A stretch of 58,507 nt of DNA, filler included, from Sphacelaria rigidula (Eukaryota): NCBI GenBank assembly GCA_964200075.2. It is 5 parts of 5 records of this genome, joined end to end, with 100 filler letters (N's around TTAATTAATTAA, not from the genome) between each part and the next. Parts side by side here need not be neighbours in the genome. Positions count along the whole stretch, not along the records: positions 23,445 to 35,066 come from CAXNAA020004692.1; positions 35,167 to 46,787 come from CAXNAA020004693.1; 3 more parts are not named here. One strand, written 5' to 3'. Below are positions 26,443 to 39,100 of this stretch, in pieces. Below the pieces are notes generated by a model. The model was not told the DNA's origin and searched no databases. It saw only the letters and a list, made by a program, of their open reading frames with translations. The translations under genes and the position numbers were made by a program. Numbering within the stretch: position 1 is the stretch's first letter; each line of letters starts with the position of its first letter.

Positions 26443-27289
26443 CATTCATGTCTTCCTCCGTAAAAAAATGTGATGCAGAGCAAGCGGCAGTATAATGCAA
26501 GGACACAGCTTGCAACCCAAGGCACAAGCTTGGCAGGCAAGTGTACAACCCGTCAGGCTCTTACAACTTGTAGATGCCGTGTAACCTGCTCAATATCCAG
26601 ATGTAAGCCGAGGTTCACGCAATAGGTTCTTGACTTCTCTCTTAATTATCTTGATGCTAACTCCGATACCACTCAATCAACCCAACCCAGACCAGCCAAT
26701 ATCTCTCACCGATGGCTAGACTTCCTTTTGCTGGCTAGCAGATGGGAGCAGTTGATAGTGGTTGGTGGGGGGGAGCTTTGATCGTGAAGCATGATCAAAG
26801 ACAAACCATCCCTGTAACTATACAGGTTCACATTCGTATCCGACCAACTCTGAACAGACCTGTAGTCTTGTCTACCGGGGTTCCTTATCTACCGGGATTC
26901 CCAATATTACCGAAAGCCAGACTTCGAAAACAAAAGCCAGACTTCGACAACGGGTCTGAAGCGGCATGACAACAGGTTAATATGCATCTTGATGACACTA
27001 ACCCACCCAGACGAACCTTTATTACAGCTGCGAGGATTTATCCTCAAAGCAGCGAAAACTAAGGTTTTTCTTTACTCGTCAAGTCATGAGCGGCTAATAA
27101 AGCATACCTAAATGAACACTCCCGTACCTAACATTCCCGTACCAACAATCCTGTACCCACTCCCACACCTCAAAAGAAGGGAAGCATAGACTGCGTCGAG
27201 GAGCAGAAAAAAACTGCTCCGAAACGCGGAAGCACAAACTGCTTCGGCGTGCAAGCAAATAATAAAGAAGCACAAATTGCTTGGGCGTC

Positions 27290-30200
27290 CTATGGTAGAG
27301 GGCGAGGTCCTCCCATATGCATACCTGTTTCCGGGCACTGGAGGTCGAGGGCGTAAACGGGCGTTGAAAAACGTCGGATCGCGTAAATTCCGGGTTCATC
27401 GGGTTCCGTTAAACGGCAAGCTGGGCTGGAGTCTGCGGCCGTAGGCGGCAGAGGCAGACGGGAAAGAAGATCCGCGTTCCCGTTGGTTTTGCCTGGACGG
27501 TGCTTAATGGTATACTGGTATGCTGTTAGAAACTCCAACCATCGTTGTACACGAGGGTTGTGTTCACCAACCTTAGCGAGTTGTTCAAGTGCTCCGTGAT
27601 CCGTATAGATCTCGAAGGGCACGTGAAACAAATATTGTCGAAGGCGCTTAATGGCCCAAGTGATTACTCCGCCTTCCAGTTCTAGCGGGCTCCAATTGGC
27701 CTCGTTGGGCAGGGTAGCGCGGGTGATATAAAGGATGAGTCGGACAGAACCATCAAGCTGAGGTTGATTCAAAACTCCTCCAAATCCATTTGTGCTGGCG
27801 TCAGTATGGAGTTGGAAAAGACGGAAGCCATCTTGTACTGCCTCTCAATCAAGAAAGCAAAGTGCGGGCTTTTCGGTAAGCGTCTTGAGTAATTCGCGGG
27901 TGATAGTCTTCATTTCTGTGGTGAAAGGAAACACGGCTCCTTTCTTGAGTAGCTCAGTAAGGGGGCGAATCCGTTTCGATAAATTCGGCAAATATTTGCG
28001 GTAGTAGGATAGCCCACCCAACAATGAGCGAAGTTGAGAAATGTTAGTTGGCATCGGCAAATCAGTCATCGCCTTGACTTTGTTTGTATCCGGATGCCGG
28101 CCTGCTGGCGAAATGGAATGCCCCAAGAAATCCAAGTCAGTCGCACCAAGACGAGCTTTGGATGGAGACAGTTTCAAGTCGTGCGTACGTAGGCGAGAGA
28201 AAAATTCTCGTATAGTGCGTATATGTGCAATAGGTGAGGCATCGAAAGCGATAGCGCCATCCAAGTACATGATGATGTGCTCGAGGCCCTCGGTGACGCG
28301 TTGCATTAAGCGTTGAAAGCATCCCGGGGCGGTGGCGGCGCCTTGTGGCATGCGAAGCCACTCATAGAGTCCGGGCGAGGTGCAAAAAGCCGTCAGTGGG
28401 ACTGTGTCAGGGTGTATAGCATTCTGGAAAAATCCAGAAGCGAGGTCGAAGGTGCTGAATATTTTGCCTTCGCCTAAAGAGTCGAAGACTTCATCAATGC
28501 GGGGGATCGGAAGTTTACCGACGACAGTGACGCGGTTCAACCGTTGATACTTCACGGTGATGCGTATGTTTTCATCTCTTTTGGGGACGACCACAAGTGG
28601 CGAGTCCCAAGGAGAGGAGGAATGTTGGATTAGTCCCGCTTCCAAATACGCATCCAAGATGGCGTTAACTTTCTTGGTAAGGATTGGGTTGGTTCGGTAT
28701 GGCCGAGAAGAAATCGGCGAGACACCAGGTTGGAGGGTAACTTCAAAGGGCAGTGTTTTGCAATGCCCAAGATCCGTCTTGGATCGGGAGAATCGGTCTT
28801 GGTACTGTAGCAGGACATCACTGAGTTCTTGGGTGACTGCCGGTTCCCAGCCGGGCCCATGAAGGTCAAAATTGATGTCGCGCATGTGTGGCGGCAGTTG
28901 GTCCCACATGTGCAAGAAGCTATTCCGAGAATCTGGTTATAAGCGTTGAAGCACTTCAGCAGGAGGACCGGAATTTGACTGGGCAGGATCCACGATGTGG
29001 ACCTGGGGTGGAGTAGCAGAGGCGAGATCGAAATAAGGTTCATCGATACAATGTACTGACTCCGCCGGGGATGTGGTATGTGGTGCGGCAGGCTCTGTGA
29101 CGCACGTGTCGAGTGGGATGTGCATCAGGGGAGCAGCGGCGATTCCTCAAATGTCGCCGGGTTCCAAGTTAGCATGTCCTGTGAGAGGGAGGAGCTGTTG
29201 TCCCGCCGACACAAAATGTTCTGTGTCGGCTGGTGCGCCAATACGGGGTAACATTTCGGGAAGATAATGGCCCGTAAGTGCTGGCATGCCATTTCGGCGG
29301 ACTAGTGCAACGTCAAGAAGTTGCGGATCGTCGGAGAGTGTTATACCCACACTACCGTTATATTGTAGGTGGTAAGCAGCTCCGGTTGCTTGAGGATTCT
29401 TCTGATAAGCCAGGGCGCCGTGGAGAGTACCGAAGTGTTCGAGGTTGAATTCTCCACGCGGCGGGGAACGTGGCGTTAATGGTTGAAGCGTGCGGTAGGT
29501 GCGTTTATTAAACCGCATATAGCTATCTCTGCCCAATATTATGGCGTGATGCATGGTGCTGTCGGGGACAACGTATGTCCAGACTGCCAGGCTGGCAGAT
29601 CGAGTGGTGTTGTGAAAGAATTGCACACTGAGTCGTACGGATTTCCGGGTCGTCAATGGCGCGGCCGAGTCACCGAAACCGCCGCACACTCGAGGCTTGG
29701 TGGTGGTTTCGCAAGCTGCAGTAGCAGCGCCAGTGTTTTTCATGTGTTTCCATGTTGATTCTCGAATAAACGTTTGCGGGCTGCCGCTGTCCAACAAGGA
29801 TACGCACTTCGTAGGTGTGATAGCGTTTGGACCGGCATGGATCGCAACGCGAGTAGTAAAAGTGGCCGGATCTACAGTCACTTTGCCGCCGACAAGATCC
29901 GGACCGTGTTCCGGCAAGGTAAGTTGGTCAGGATCAGCGGGACTGACAGCAAAAACGCACGGCCGGTGATCCGCCGGTGGTTCAGATGTCTCACCAGAGA
30001 AGGGGGTGGGCGGTGTATTATTTCCAGGTGTGGCACGGTCATGGGCGATTTCGTAAATTATCGTCTTTGGTTGTCTCTTAAACCGTTACAAAAGTTAGTC
30101 GTTGGGGTTCGTCCCCCGTCACTTTCACTCCGAGGAGGGCGACTCCCCTTGCCAGCGCTCTACCGCGACTGCCATCAGGAGCTCCAATGTTGTCCCTCTC

Positions 30201-30300
30201 ACCGTACCCTTGAGTTACTCGTCTCCCCCACTCTTTTCCAGAGTGTGTGCACTGGGGTCCTTAGCAGCACACTCCAAACATAGCCACTAGGCTATACCAC
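27290..30300 (-). mobile_element. Ty3/Gypsy LTR retrotransposon gag-pol remnant (protease, RT, RNase H; integrase absent)
   Basis: Aspartic protease LLDSGSPQTFI (29147-29917). RT with FDLASGFFQ, WLRMPQGA, YLDG (degenerate YxDD) and FLGHSIS (27845-28915). RNase H LHTDAS...ELEGG...YTDH...NADLLSR follows an in-frame TGA (27290-27844). Frameshifts and stops indicate inactivity. Confidence 0.93.
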
Positions 30301-30574
30301 AGGACGCGCCCGTGAAATAACCCGCGCCACAGCCGCGGTGTGGGCTATACACCTGTCATCCTTCAAGAGGGTTCTGTCAAAAACCATGCCGCAGCCTCAA
30401 ATCACCGTGGTCGTGGGCAGGATGAGCGTTCACACCGTCTGTGCAGCTTGAGCCTGCGGCGGATCCGAGGGGACCCTTGAGGCAGGGTTTAGACTTGAAG
30501 CGAGGGTGGTTGATTTTTTTGCTATTACGGAGGCACATCGTTAATAGGTCCTCGGCCATATTTACGTCAAAATA

Positions 30575-32430
30575 GAGTCTAATTTAACAAACTATGACGC
30601 AAACGAATCGCACCGAAAATTGTAGTTCGCCCCCGGAAAAGAACAGAAAAGAAAAAAAACGTTGAGTTATGGCAGATTTTCCGCTGTTTTTTTGTCGCCC
30701 TGAATTCGGCGCTGGGGTGACAAAAGTTTGGAAAATTGACCACAACTCGCTTAATATTTGATGGTTCCCCACAAACGATGGCTCTAATGAACCGCACAGA
30801 CGATGGGAACACGAATCAAAATACTTTGGGACCAGGAACAGCTTTCGGGTTAGGTTTGGCCGTATTTGTCAAAACTGTCCCGGTCCTCCTCAACTCGGCG
30901 CTGGAGCGGAAAATTTGATGAAAATTGGCCGTAATTCGCTCAATACTCGATGGCTTCTCACAAATGATGGCTCTAACGAACCACACGGACAATGCAAACA
31001 CGTAGCAAAACGCTGTGGCGCCAAAAATATTTTCCTGCCGAGTTTGGCCGTATTTTTCAGCACTGTCACGGTGCTCCTTAACTCGGAGCTAGGGCGGCAA
31101 TCTGCCGGTTTCCAGCCCCCGTCTTGTCCTTCCCACGTGCTGTCCCCATACCAACCCTTCCGTACCTGCTCCCACACTTGGGTCATGGTGCGCTTCGTTT
31201 CAAAATTGAAGGAGGCATACTGCTTACCATGTTGCCAAAACAGCTCTATCGGCTGAAAATACGGCATGTACGGGGGGGTCCAGATTAGCTGCCACCCTCG
31301 CTTGTCCATGAACACCTCAACTTTCTCCAGTAGTTTGTGGGGAAATTTCAGCTGAAACAAAGCCCGAGTGGCCAACGCTATTTCCGCACTGCTCACACCA
31401 CCACCACACCTGGAGTTCGAGTTTGGGAATTGCCCAGTCTCCGGTACTTCAAAATGGCGACTGACAACCTTTTGCCCTCCGTTACTGTCTGGTAATTCAC
31501 GTTGAACGGTTATTCTTCGCGCCTTGTATTTGCGCAAAAGGTCTGTGTTGTGTTTCTTGGTATTTGTTTCGGGCACCCCAACTTCCGCGTCATATCCGTG
31601 GTGGTACGACGCGTTGTCCATAACAAGAATAATCTTTTTGTTCCCGAACGCAGCTTTGAAAACCGGCTCCAGCCGTTTTTCAACCATTCCATGAACATCT
31701 GGTTTGTCATGGCAGCGGGATAATCTCCGGTTGAAATTTTTGGCCTGCCAGATCATCTCCGCGGTTTTCTCCTCACCCATCGGCCCCCTCCCTTGCTTAC
31801 CCTTACCCTTGCTATTTTCCTTGGGTATGAACCATCCCTCCTGAATCGGAAATCCGGTATCACCACCAGCACCCAACGACTCTTTGTTCGTCATTGCATG
31901 GACGATGGTTAATATTTGCCCTTTTCCTGAGCTACGATCCATCCCGTCCTGTACTACTCGATTCTCATCCGTGAAAGAAGTATGAGTATGCAGACTCGTG
32001 TAACTGGTGGCAGAAACTTTCGTCCATGTAAATTATCACTGCCTCCCCTGCCTCCTCTTCAGCAAGAGCACCAGAAAACTCTACGAGAAACCGTCGAATA
32101 CGCGCTATCCTTGCCTCGTTGAGAGGAGGCACTTTGATCCGCCCCCGGCGGCGCCTATAGCCAAGCCAATACAACAGTGCTCCTGCCGAACGGTTCGAAA
32201 TGGAAAGGCCACAGTTGTCGTCGATTCATTCGCTCACCGTCCGCCGGAAAACTTGTTTGCCCTCTTCGTGTTTGGCGCTGATGAAGGCACGAAGCTCGGC
32301 TACTTGCTCATCGGAGAGGAGAGACCGCGCGTCTTCTCCCCTCGCCATTCCTCGTCCTTCGCCTGATGTTGTCATGAGTAACTTCTGTTTCTCCCAAAGA
32401 GCGCGAACCTGTTCACGTAGCAGAGAAAGT
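30575..32430 (-). mobile_element. IS630/Tc1/mariner (Sailor-like) DNA transposon remnant with DDE transposase pseudogene and ~190-bp subterminal tandem repeats
   Basis: Motifs IYMDESF, SGKGQILTIVHA, GDYPAAMTNQMFMEWL (shifted frame), IILVMDNASYHH and TPPYMPYFQPIELFW. An HTH-like N-terminal region lies at 32175-32430. Frameshifts and stops are present. Duplicated blocks lie at about 30690-30900 and 30890-31090. Confidence 0.85.
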
Positions 32431-32486
32431 GTAGGAGAATAATCGTCCCGTACCCACTTTTTTTTTCATTTTAGGATACCTATATC

Positions 32487-32980
32487 GCCGGTCACCCCGG
32501 TGGCTCAATTGGTGACCTCGAAACATTCTGACGGTTGAGCAGTGGGTTCGGATCTCGGAGCGATCTGGGATTTTTCTCATACCATGCCCGACAGTGGAGA
32601 TCGACTATATGCCGTGTGTGTGTGAGTGAGTGTTGTCGTCCCATCTGTTCTGGACGCTGGTCCACACCCCTCGGTATATGTGAGCGCACCAGTCAGGGTC
32701 CCCCAGGAATAAGGCCAATACCGCACTTTTTTTGTTTGTTTGTTTGTTATTAGGAGCGCCCCATCCTTCTGCGTTGCTTGCCTTCATTTTTCATCGAGGG
32801 ATGGGTGCAGGGGTCCCTTCCCCGAACGTTGCGTCGAATTTTGTGTAACCACGGCCTAATCGCTCTCCACTGTTATAGGCATGGCGTGAGAAAAAATCCC
32901 AGATCGCTCCGAGATTTGAACCCACAACCCAACCGTCAGAAGAGTTCGAGGTTACCAACAGAGCCACCGGGGCGACCGGT
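32487..32980. mobile_element. Two tRNA-derived SINE copies in opposite orientation (5' head on +, full copy on -)
   Basis: A-box-like TGGCTCAATTGG and B-box-like GGTTCGGATC occur at 32500-32555. The inverted copy at 32615-32980 has the conserved 3' body (CCAGAAyArATGGGACGACAAC) and a CA-rich tail. Confidence 0.75.
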
Positions 32981-33059
32981 ATATGTCGTGGTTTCCCAAA
33001 ATTCCATTTAGCCCTTCACACGCGGACGTCTGGCTACCTTCAAAATCTCTCCAGGTCGG

Positions 33060-33330
33060 TGAACGTTTCGAGCGTCCAGAGGGATTAATCGCTTCTGGAG
33101 GGGTGCGCGGCCCTCGAGGAGATTTTTTGGTTTCCTCCAGAGGGATTAAACGCCTCCGGAGGCTTTTTTTTTGGCTCTGGAGGGTCACGCATACCCTCAA
33201 ATTCCTCCGGAGGGGTGCGCGGCCCTCCGGGTAGGTAAAGTTTGGTTTCTTCCAAAGGGATTGAAGGCCTCCGGAGGCTTGTTGTCGCCCCTGGAGGGCT
33301 GCGCATCCCTCCGGAGGCATTCTGGGGGTT
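33060..33330. repeat. Degenerate minisatellite built on the palindrome CCTCCGGAGG
   Basis: Repeated CCArAGGGATT...CCTCCGGAGG and GGAGGGGTGCGCGGCCCTC units. Confidence 0.7.
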
Positions 33331-33656
33331 GGCCAAATGGCCGCGCGTATGTTTGACCGCGAGGGTAGGTCATCTGCTGAATCGTCATCAATATCCTCTT
33401 GGAAGAAGTTTGCATTATTTAGATGGACAGCCCACACTGCGGTCTAAGGGTCAATGGTCAACGAGGGAAAGGGAGTGCTGAACCCCTCTCGCGATAAAAA
33501 AACAGACAGGCACCGCAGAAGGAGGGTGGAGAACTAAAGCAAACAAAAGAGAAAAACTCTTCCGTGTTGGCCTTCCTCTTGTGTGACCCCGGCTGATACG
33601 CCTACATAGACCGAAAGGTGTAGACCGGCGTCCAGAATAATGGGATGACAACACAC

Positions 33657-34946
33657 TGTGACGCCAGCAGATTGCTAGTGCTGCAGCGTCTAATGCTGTT
33701 GAGGGACTCCCCAGTTGCACTAGCCTCAGGTTTCAGTTGTTAGCCTTCACAACACCTGTATTTATCCTGGAGTGCCACACAGGCACATGCTCCATAAACC
33801 ACATGAGGGTATCACCTCTGTGTCCATGTCATCATCCATATCATCACTGCATATCCCAAGTCATCATCCAATCATCACTATATACTCAGCGTGACGGTGT
33901 GATTTCGTCACAGCACCCCCGAAGCGCGTTGGACGAGAATCGAGCAACAAGCTTGACACTCAGAAAAATAAAGCCAAAACGATTGAGCAAGTCGAAACTG
34001 AATACCAAACTCACGCGTAATGCGAGCAGCAATGGAACGAGTCATTTGCACCTTACGCAACTCCTTCTTGAGAAATTCTGAAGCGGCCTCGAAAATATTT
34101 TTAAAAGGCTCCCACGTATGCTCCTCAACTTCGAAACCAATCCAGCCGACCAACACGATCAACGAACGATCATCTGCCTCTGCCACTCGGACTATACCAG
34201 CCGTCTGGAATTGCTCCTCATTGAAAGCATGCTGGATCCCGCTTCTTGTATTCCACGTATTTCGTATAAAATGAACGAGAAGCACACTCAAAATACAAAA
34301 CCCCGTAACTGGGAGGCCGCAACTCGTCTCTCCGAACAAGTGGGGTTACGGTCGTCTCCGCTGGCTCTTCGGCCTGTACCTCTGCAGTTGACATTTCCGA
34401 GCGGGCCTAATTGGAGGCTTCTGAACCTTCTCGAACTCCACAGTTCACACCTGCCTTCGTCGCGGCACCACACAGCCGTGAGGTTCTATAAACTCCCGCT
34501 GCCCCCAGCTCCAGCAAGTCTCCAGTCTGGATCAAAGGCCAGCCGCCTTTGCAACTACCTCAGCTTGAAACCTCCTCACGCGTCCGAGAAGCAATATGTC
34601 CGAAGCTGTCCAAACGCCTCTCTACTGAAAATTTTCCGTCACTAACGATAGCACAACTAGCACGACTAGCACCATCACTAATATCGATATTGTGACGCCA
34701 GCAGGTTGCTAGTGCTGCAGCGTCTAATGCTGTTGAGGGACTTTCCAGTTCCACTGGTCTCAGGTTTCAGTTGTTAGCCTTCACAACACCTGTATTTATC
34801 CTGGAGTGCCACACAGGCACATGCTCCATAAACCACATCAGGGTATCACCCCTGTGTCCATGTCATTATCTATATCATCACTACAGATCCCAAGTCATCA
34901 TCCAATCATCACTATATACTCAGCGTGACGGCGTGATTTCGTCACA
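33657..34946 (-). mobile_element. 1.29-kb non-autonomous LTR element (TRIM-like) with 256-bp LTRs and an internal chromodomain remnant, nested in a SINE tail
   Basis: Direct repeats at 33657-33912 and 34691-34946, each TGTGACG...CGTCACA, flanked by ACACAC. The internal minus frame VLVGWIGFEVEEHTWEPFKNIFEAASEFLKKEL is chromodomain-like. Confidence 0.88.
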
Positions 34947-34974
34947 ACACACAGACACACTCACCTATCAAGGA

Positions 34975-35066
34975 GGGGTGGGGGAGAGGGGGTGGAAGGG
35001 TGGGGGGGGGGGGCGTACTCATTTGTTGCTTGCCTTAGTCGTTTGACCATTGACCACGCATCCCCT
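34975..35066 (-). mobile_element. LINE 3' terminus with poly(C) tail
   Basis: Reverse complement GGATGCGTGGTCAATGGTCAAACGACTAAGGCAAGCAACAAATGAGTACGCCCCC... continues the ORF2 end seen at 46760-46787. Confidence 0.8.
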
Positions 35067-35166
35067 NNNNNNNNNNNNNNNNNNNNNNNNNNNNNNNNNN
35101 NNNNNNNNNNTTAATTAATTAANNNNNNNNNNNNNNNNNNNNNNNNNNNNNNNNNNNNNNNNNNNN
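35067..35166. other. Artificial contig spacer
   Basis: 44N-TTAATTAATTAA-44N. Confidence 0.99.
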
Positions 35167-36178
35167 AGTCAATTATGCCGCGGCCGCAACGTGATGGTGC
35201 TGCACTACTTGTGGTTGTACAACAAGGCATGTCGTACTGTAGGCGCGCAGTTTCTGAGATGGCACGCAGACGAGACCTACAGCGCGCCAAGGCATCGCGC
35301 TTGCTGACAACGTCGAAGTCCCGGCTGAGGTTACTGTAGTCTAAAAGCAAGTGAAGCGGTTCTCGACAGAAAAACGCGATTTCACTGCTCAATTCGAAGT
35401 TGTTTTCCATGATTTTTTTACACGATATACATGGGATATATGTGGAGCCCCTACCGTTTGCCCCTCTTTTTTATTTTAATTTCCTCGTGTGTTATTTGGT
35501 AATCTAAATTTCGGAACAATTAACCCTGGTACAAAAGCGTCGACAACTCATTGAAAAAAAAGACAAATGTCAAGAGGGGACAATAGGGACTTCACAACAT
35601 ATCTCATTCGCATCGTGTAAAATTTTCGTGAAAAGTACTTGGAATTGAACAGCATAACCGCATTTCATTTTTTCGTGGCTGGTAATTCTCCACATAGGAA
35701 CCAGTCTTGGACACGAACACCCGATTTAGCAGCTTAATTTCATGTCGTTTTCTATGAAATTTCGACATAATGTACAGGATGTATGTGCAAAGACGCCCCC
35801 ATTTGCCCCGTACATTTTTGTTTTGTTTTTCCGTATGTTGTCGGCGACCAAACATTTCAGAACAGTTTTCGGAACATAATCGTGAATAACTCTTGAAAAA
35901 AAAGCAAAAAAAAATACGGGGTAAATGGGATCCTCTTCGCACATACGTCCTGAACATTGTGAAAAATTTTCATAGAAACGACCCAAAATTGAGCTGTTAA
36001 ATCGCGTGTTCACATCTCTGTCCGCGTCTTGGGCGGCCCAGCCTGTGTGGGATGTTTTGTAGGCGGAGCTTTAATCACAGTATATATGATGTCTTGCTCT
36101 ACACTCTTTTGTCGCTTGCCGAGGCCCAACGATGGGCTATATCTTGCTCGTTTTTTATCCCTCGTGGGTCCAACGCAG

Positions 36179-39100
36179 ACATACTTGGAGGCAGCTCTGA
36201 TGTTGGCGACTGGAGTCATGAAGTCCAAGGTAGTGGCGAACGAGAAGGATCTTGTGGGGGTGACCCTGTTCGGCACGCAGAAAACCTCCGACATGGAGGC
36301 GAGTGCTCTCTACTTGAAGAAACGATGGCAACGCCGTGCAGTTTAAGTGCTCAAGTGCTACCGTGGCTAACAGTTGGAATATAGGTTATTCTTACCGATC
36401 AACCTGCAAGCATCACCTACTGTACGGTTTTCAAAACGTGTTGGGTAGATTGTGAGTCCCGTATGATTCGAACCGGACGTGCCGAAGAGGATGATATATA
36501 TCTTGGTAGAGTAGCCATGGAGCAAGCTGAGATGACTCCAGGCGTTTGTATGGCCGCATCGGTTCCTGGGTGTACGGATCTACAGAGCTCTTCTTTTCCT
36601 CCAAGGCGTCGTGTGGTTGGAAACGCGGAAATCAGCGCTTGCTGCAAACATGGTTTCCTCGTCAAAAAGTGACGGAATGGTCATGCTCCTTACGGGACGC
36701 TTTATTCGAAATATTCATGTGACTTCAACCAGCCCCGGAACGTATTTACGAACAAACAAAAAGTTAAGCAGGTGACGAAAATGCTGAGGCACTGTGGCAT
36801 AATTTTCGGCGTAGTACAAATCAGCACACACTGGTTGCTGCGAAGTGAGGGAGTGACGGGACACCCCTCTTGCGTGGTCGCGACTGTCGACGGCTTGGAC
36901 CTTGGAACGAAGCGCGTGTTGTATGTGTGTGTGTGTGTGTGTGTGTGTGCTCCAGCACGGTGTCCTTCCCGACCTCTATGTCACCGATAAGTGCACGTGA
37001 ATAATCAGAGTGTGTGTTGGTGAAAGGCAAATCCCGCTCTTGTTGTCCTGCTGTTGCGCTGTGGTCGGATTCAGGGAAACAGTCCCAACGTTAACATCGT
37101 GTTGGACCTGGCAGCCCCCACCGCGCAGCGGATTCGTGATGTCGAGGTGAGGACTGCAGAGTAATACGATTCACACACTTTCATGCTATCGCTGATGAAA
37201 ACTGGTAAAGTTTGTGGCCAATTCATTCCCACCAAAGCATGCAGCTTTGGCATAATTTGCAGCAGAGGAGGTGTTTCACGATAACGCAAGGGGGTGAAAT
37301 TTCCATCTAAGATGCATCAGGAACCAGCGCGGCCCGGCAGTGTAATGGTCCGTCTGTTGCCGTTAGGGTGGAGAGAACGAGGGTTCGGTTCCCGGTGCGT
37401 TGCGTTTTTCTTCGTAGTATCTGATTTCCACCGTGCAAAGCGTGAGAACGTGAGTAAACAAACTAGTTGACTGAGTTTGGTTGACGTGACTTGATACGGT
37501 GCGGGAGTGCTGACCCAATCCGCGAGATCAAAATGCAAGGCGTTTACCGGGGAGAGGTGGGTTGATCCCTTGAGACCACGGACCCATTCCGAGGAAGGGG
37601 AGGGGTTCAAAGTGAGACAAATAAAAAATAATAAAAATATAATCAGGTAAAGCCGTCCTGAAGCGGTAGAGAGGCAGCACTGCTAATTTGATCACTTCTC
37701 ATTTTTTTCATGCTATTTTAGACGAGGCGGATACGTGTTCATTCGACCCTCCGGTACTGTATGCTCCACTGCACTCCGCTGCACCCTCTTTCTTTCGGTG
37801 GTTGCGCGTACACTTCAGGACTTGGCCAAGGGAGAAGTGGACTTTGACAGCACGTATGGTTCCCTTGGGGAAGGTGACGCGTGTCCTCTCCGCAGCGGCC
37901 TTTGGTCGTGTCAGACGGAATTCATGACCGTGTAAGTACTGCGGGTGGTCATGTACGAGCTATTCGGTCAACCGCTGAGTGGGGGGGGGGTATGCTCATG
38001 ACCTTGGCTTGAAAATGGCGGACGCTGCCAACCCGCCCATTGGGCGTGATTTCCTGATCATTTTCGATACTGAATTCGTTGTTTTCAAGTTTTTGATTGT
38101 CTGTTGTACTCTCGGCCCATGAGAAGTTATCGGTAAACTCAGTAAGATTTAATCTAGCACCAGCCGCCGGGGAATTTCAGAAGGAATTTCGTAGAGCACC
38201 GTGTACACAAGGATGGTCATGGTCCACTGCACGAACATGCATGCACGACTGAAATTTGTGCGCATAACAACATGTGGTTGTTCTATGACGACGAACAACG
38301 AGGATAATGTGTTGTTCAGTGTACAGTATGTTGTTTCTTCCCCATTCTTTGGCATGGAGGCCTCACTGGCATCGCCCACTCGTGACTGTGTCGCCCAGCG
38401 GAAGTGTACTGGATACGTGCAGCAGTCTTTGACTTCTTTGTACTCGCAAGATTCGCCAAACCCATATTGCTTTTTGTCCAGTTTCTCAGATTCGGCGAAC
38501 TAATGGAAAATCTTCTCTTCGACCTTTAACCCATTCTGGGAACTATTGCCTTTGAGGAGGGTACGTATCTCCTGCCATGTCCCACTTTTCGTCCACGTTC
38601 GATCGAAAAGAGTATGTAGTGTCCCACTCGTCTCCCGTGTTGGAACTGTCGGTGTTGAGTAGGCTGTGCGTGTCTCGTGTTTCCCGTCGTCACCTCACCC
38701 GTATGTTGACGTTGAACCGCGAAGCGTGGCTTGTGTCTCTTGTTTGGCAGCAAGAGTGCATATGGCTTCAAGCGCATCTTCTTGTTCACGAACGACGACG
38801 ATCCGCTCAAGGACAACGATGCTGAAAAGAAGAAAGTACAGATCGTCGCGAAGGTGACTGAGTGCGAACGCGTTGGTAGCGCTTGTATTCGATGTTTTGT
38901 CTCGTGTACAGAGCCCCGAAGTCGAAAACGCGCGTTCGGTGACAGTGGCGGCCGTTGCTGGCTTTCGTACCGTTGGGAACATTCCAGATACGCGGACACG
39001 TAGCGTGTAGTACCCTCCCAGCTTGCTCTGCAGGTCCACACCATATGCTGATGCGTACGAGAGGTACTTACATTTGTTCTTGCGTCCGGCGATTCTTGTG

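Noticed and set aside
33060-33330. CRISPR-like spaced palindromic repeats
   Set aside because: The units are degenerate and irregular, with no unique fixed-length spacers, no cas genes and a eukaryotic context.
35111-35410. ORFs running into N blocks (also 23389-23625 and 46832-47317)
   Set aside because: Their ends are defined by the artificial linker and they encode no recognisable product.
37330-37400. tRNA-like A/B boxes (also 12570-12660 and 45400-45440)
   Set aside because: I could not fold a complete cloverleaf. They look like SINE heads rather than tRNA genes.
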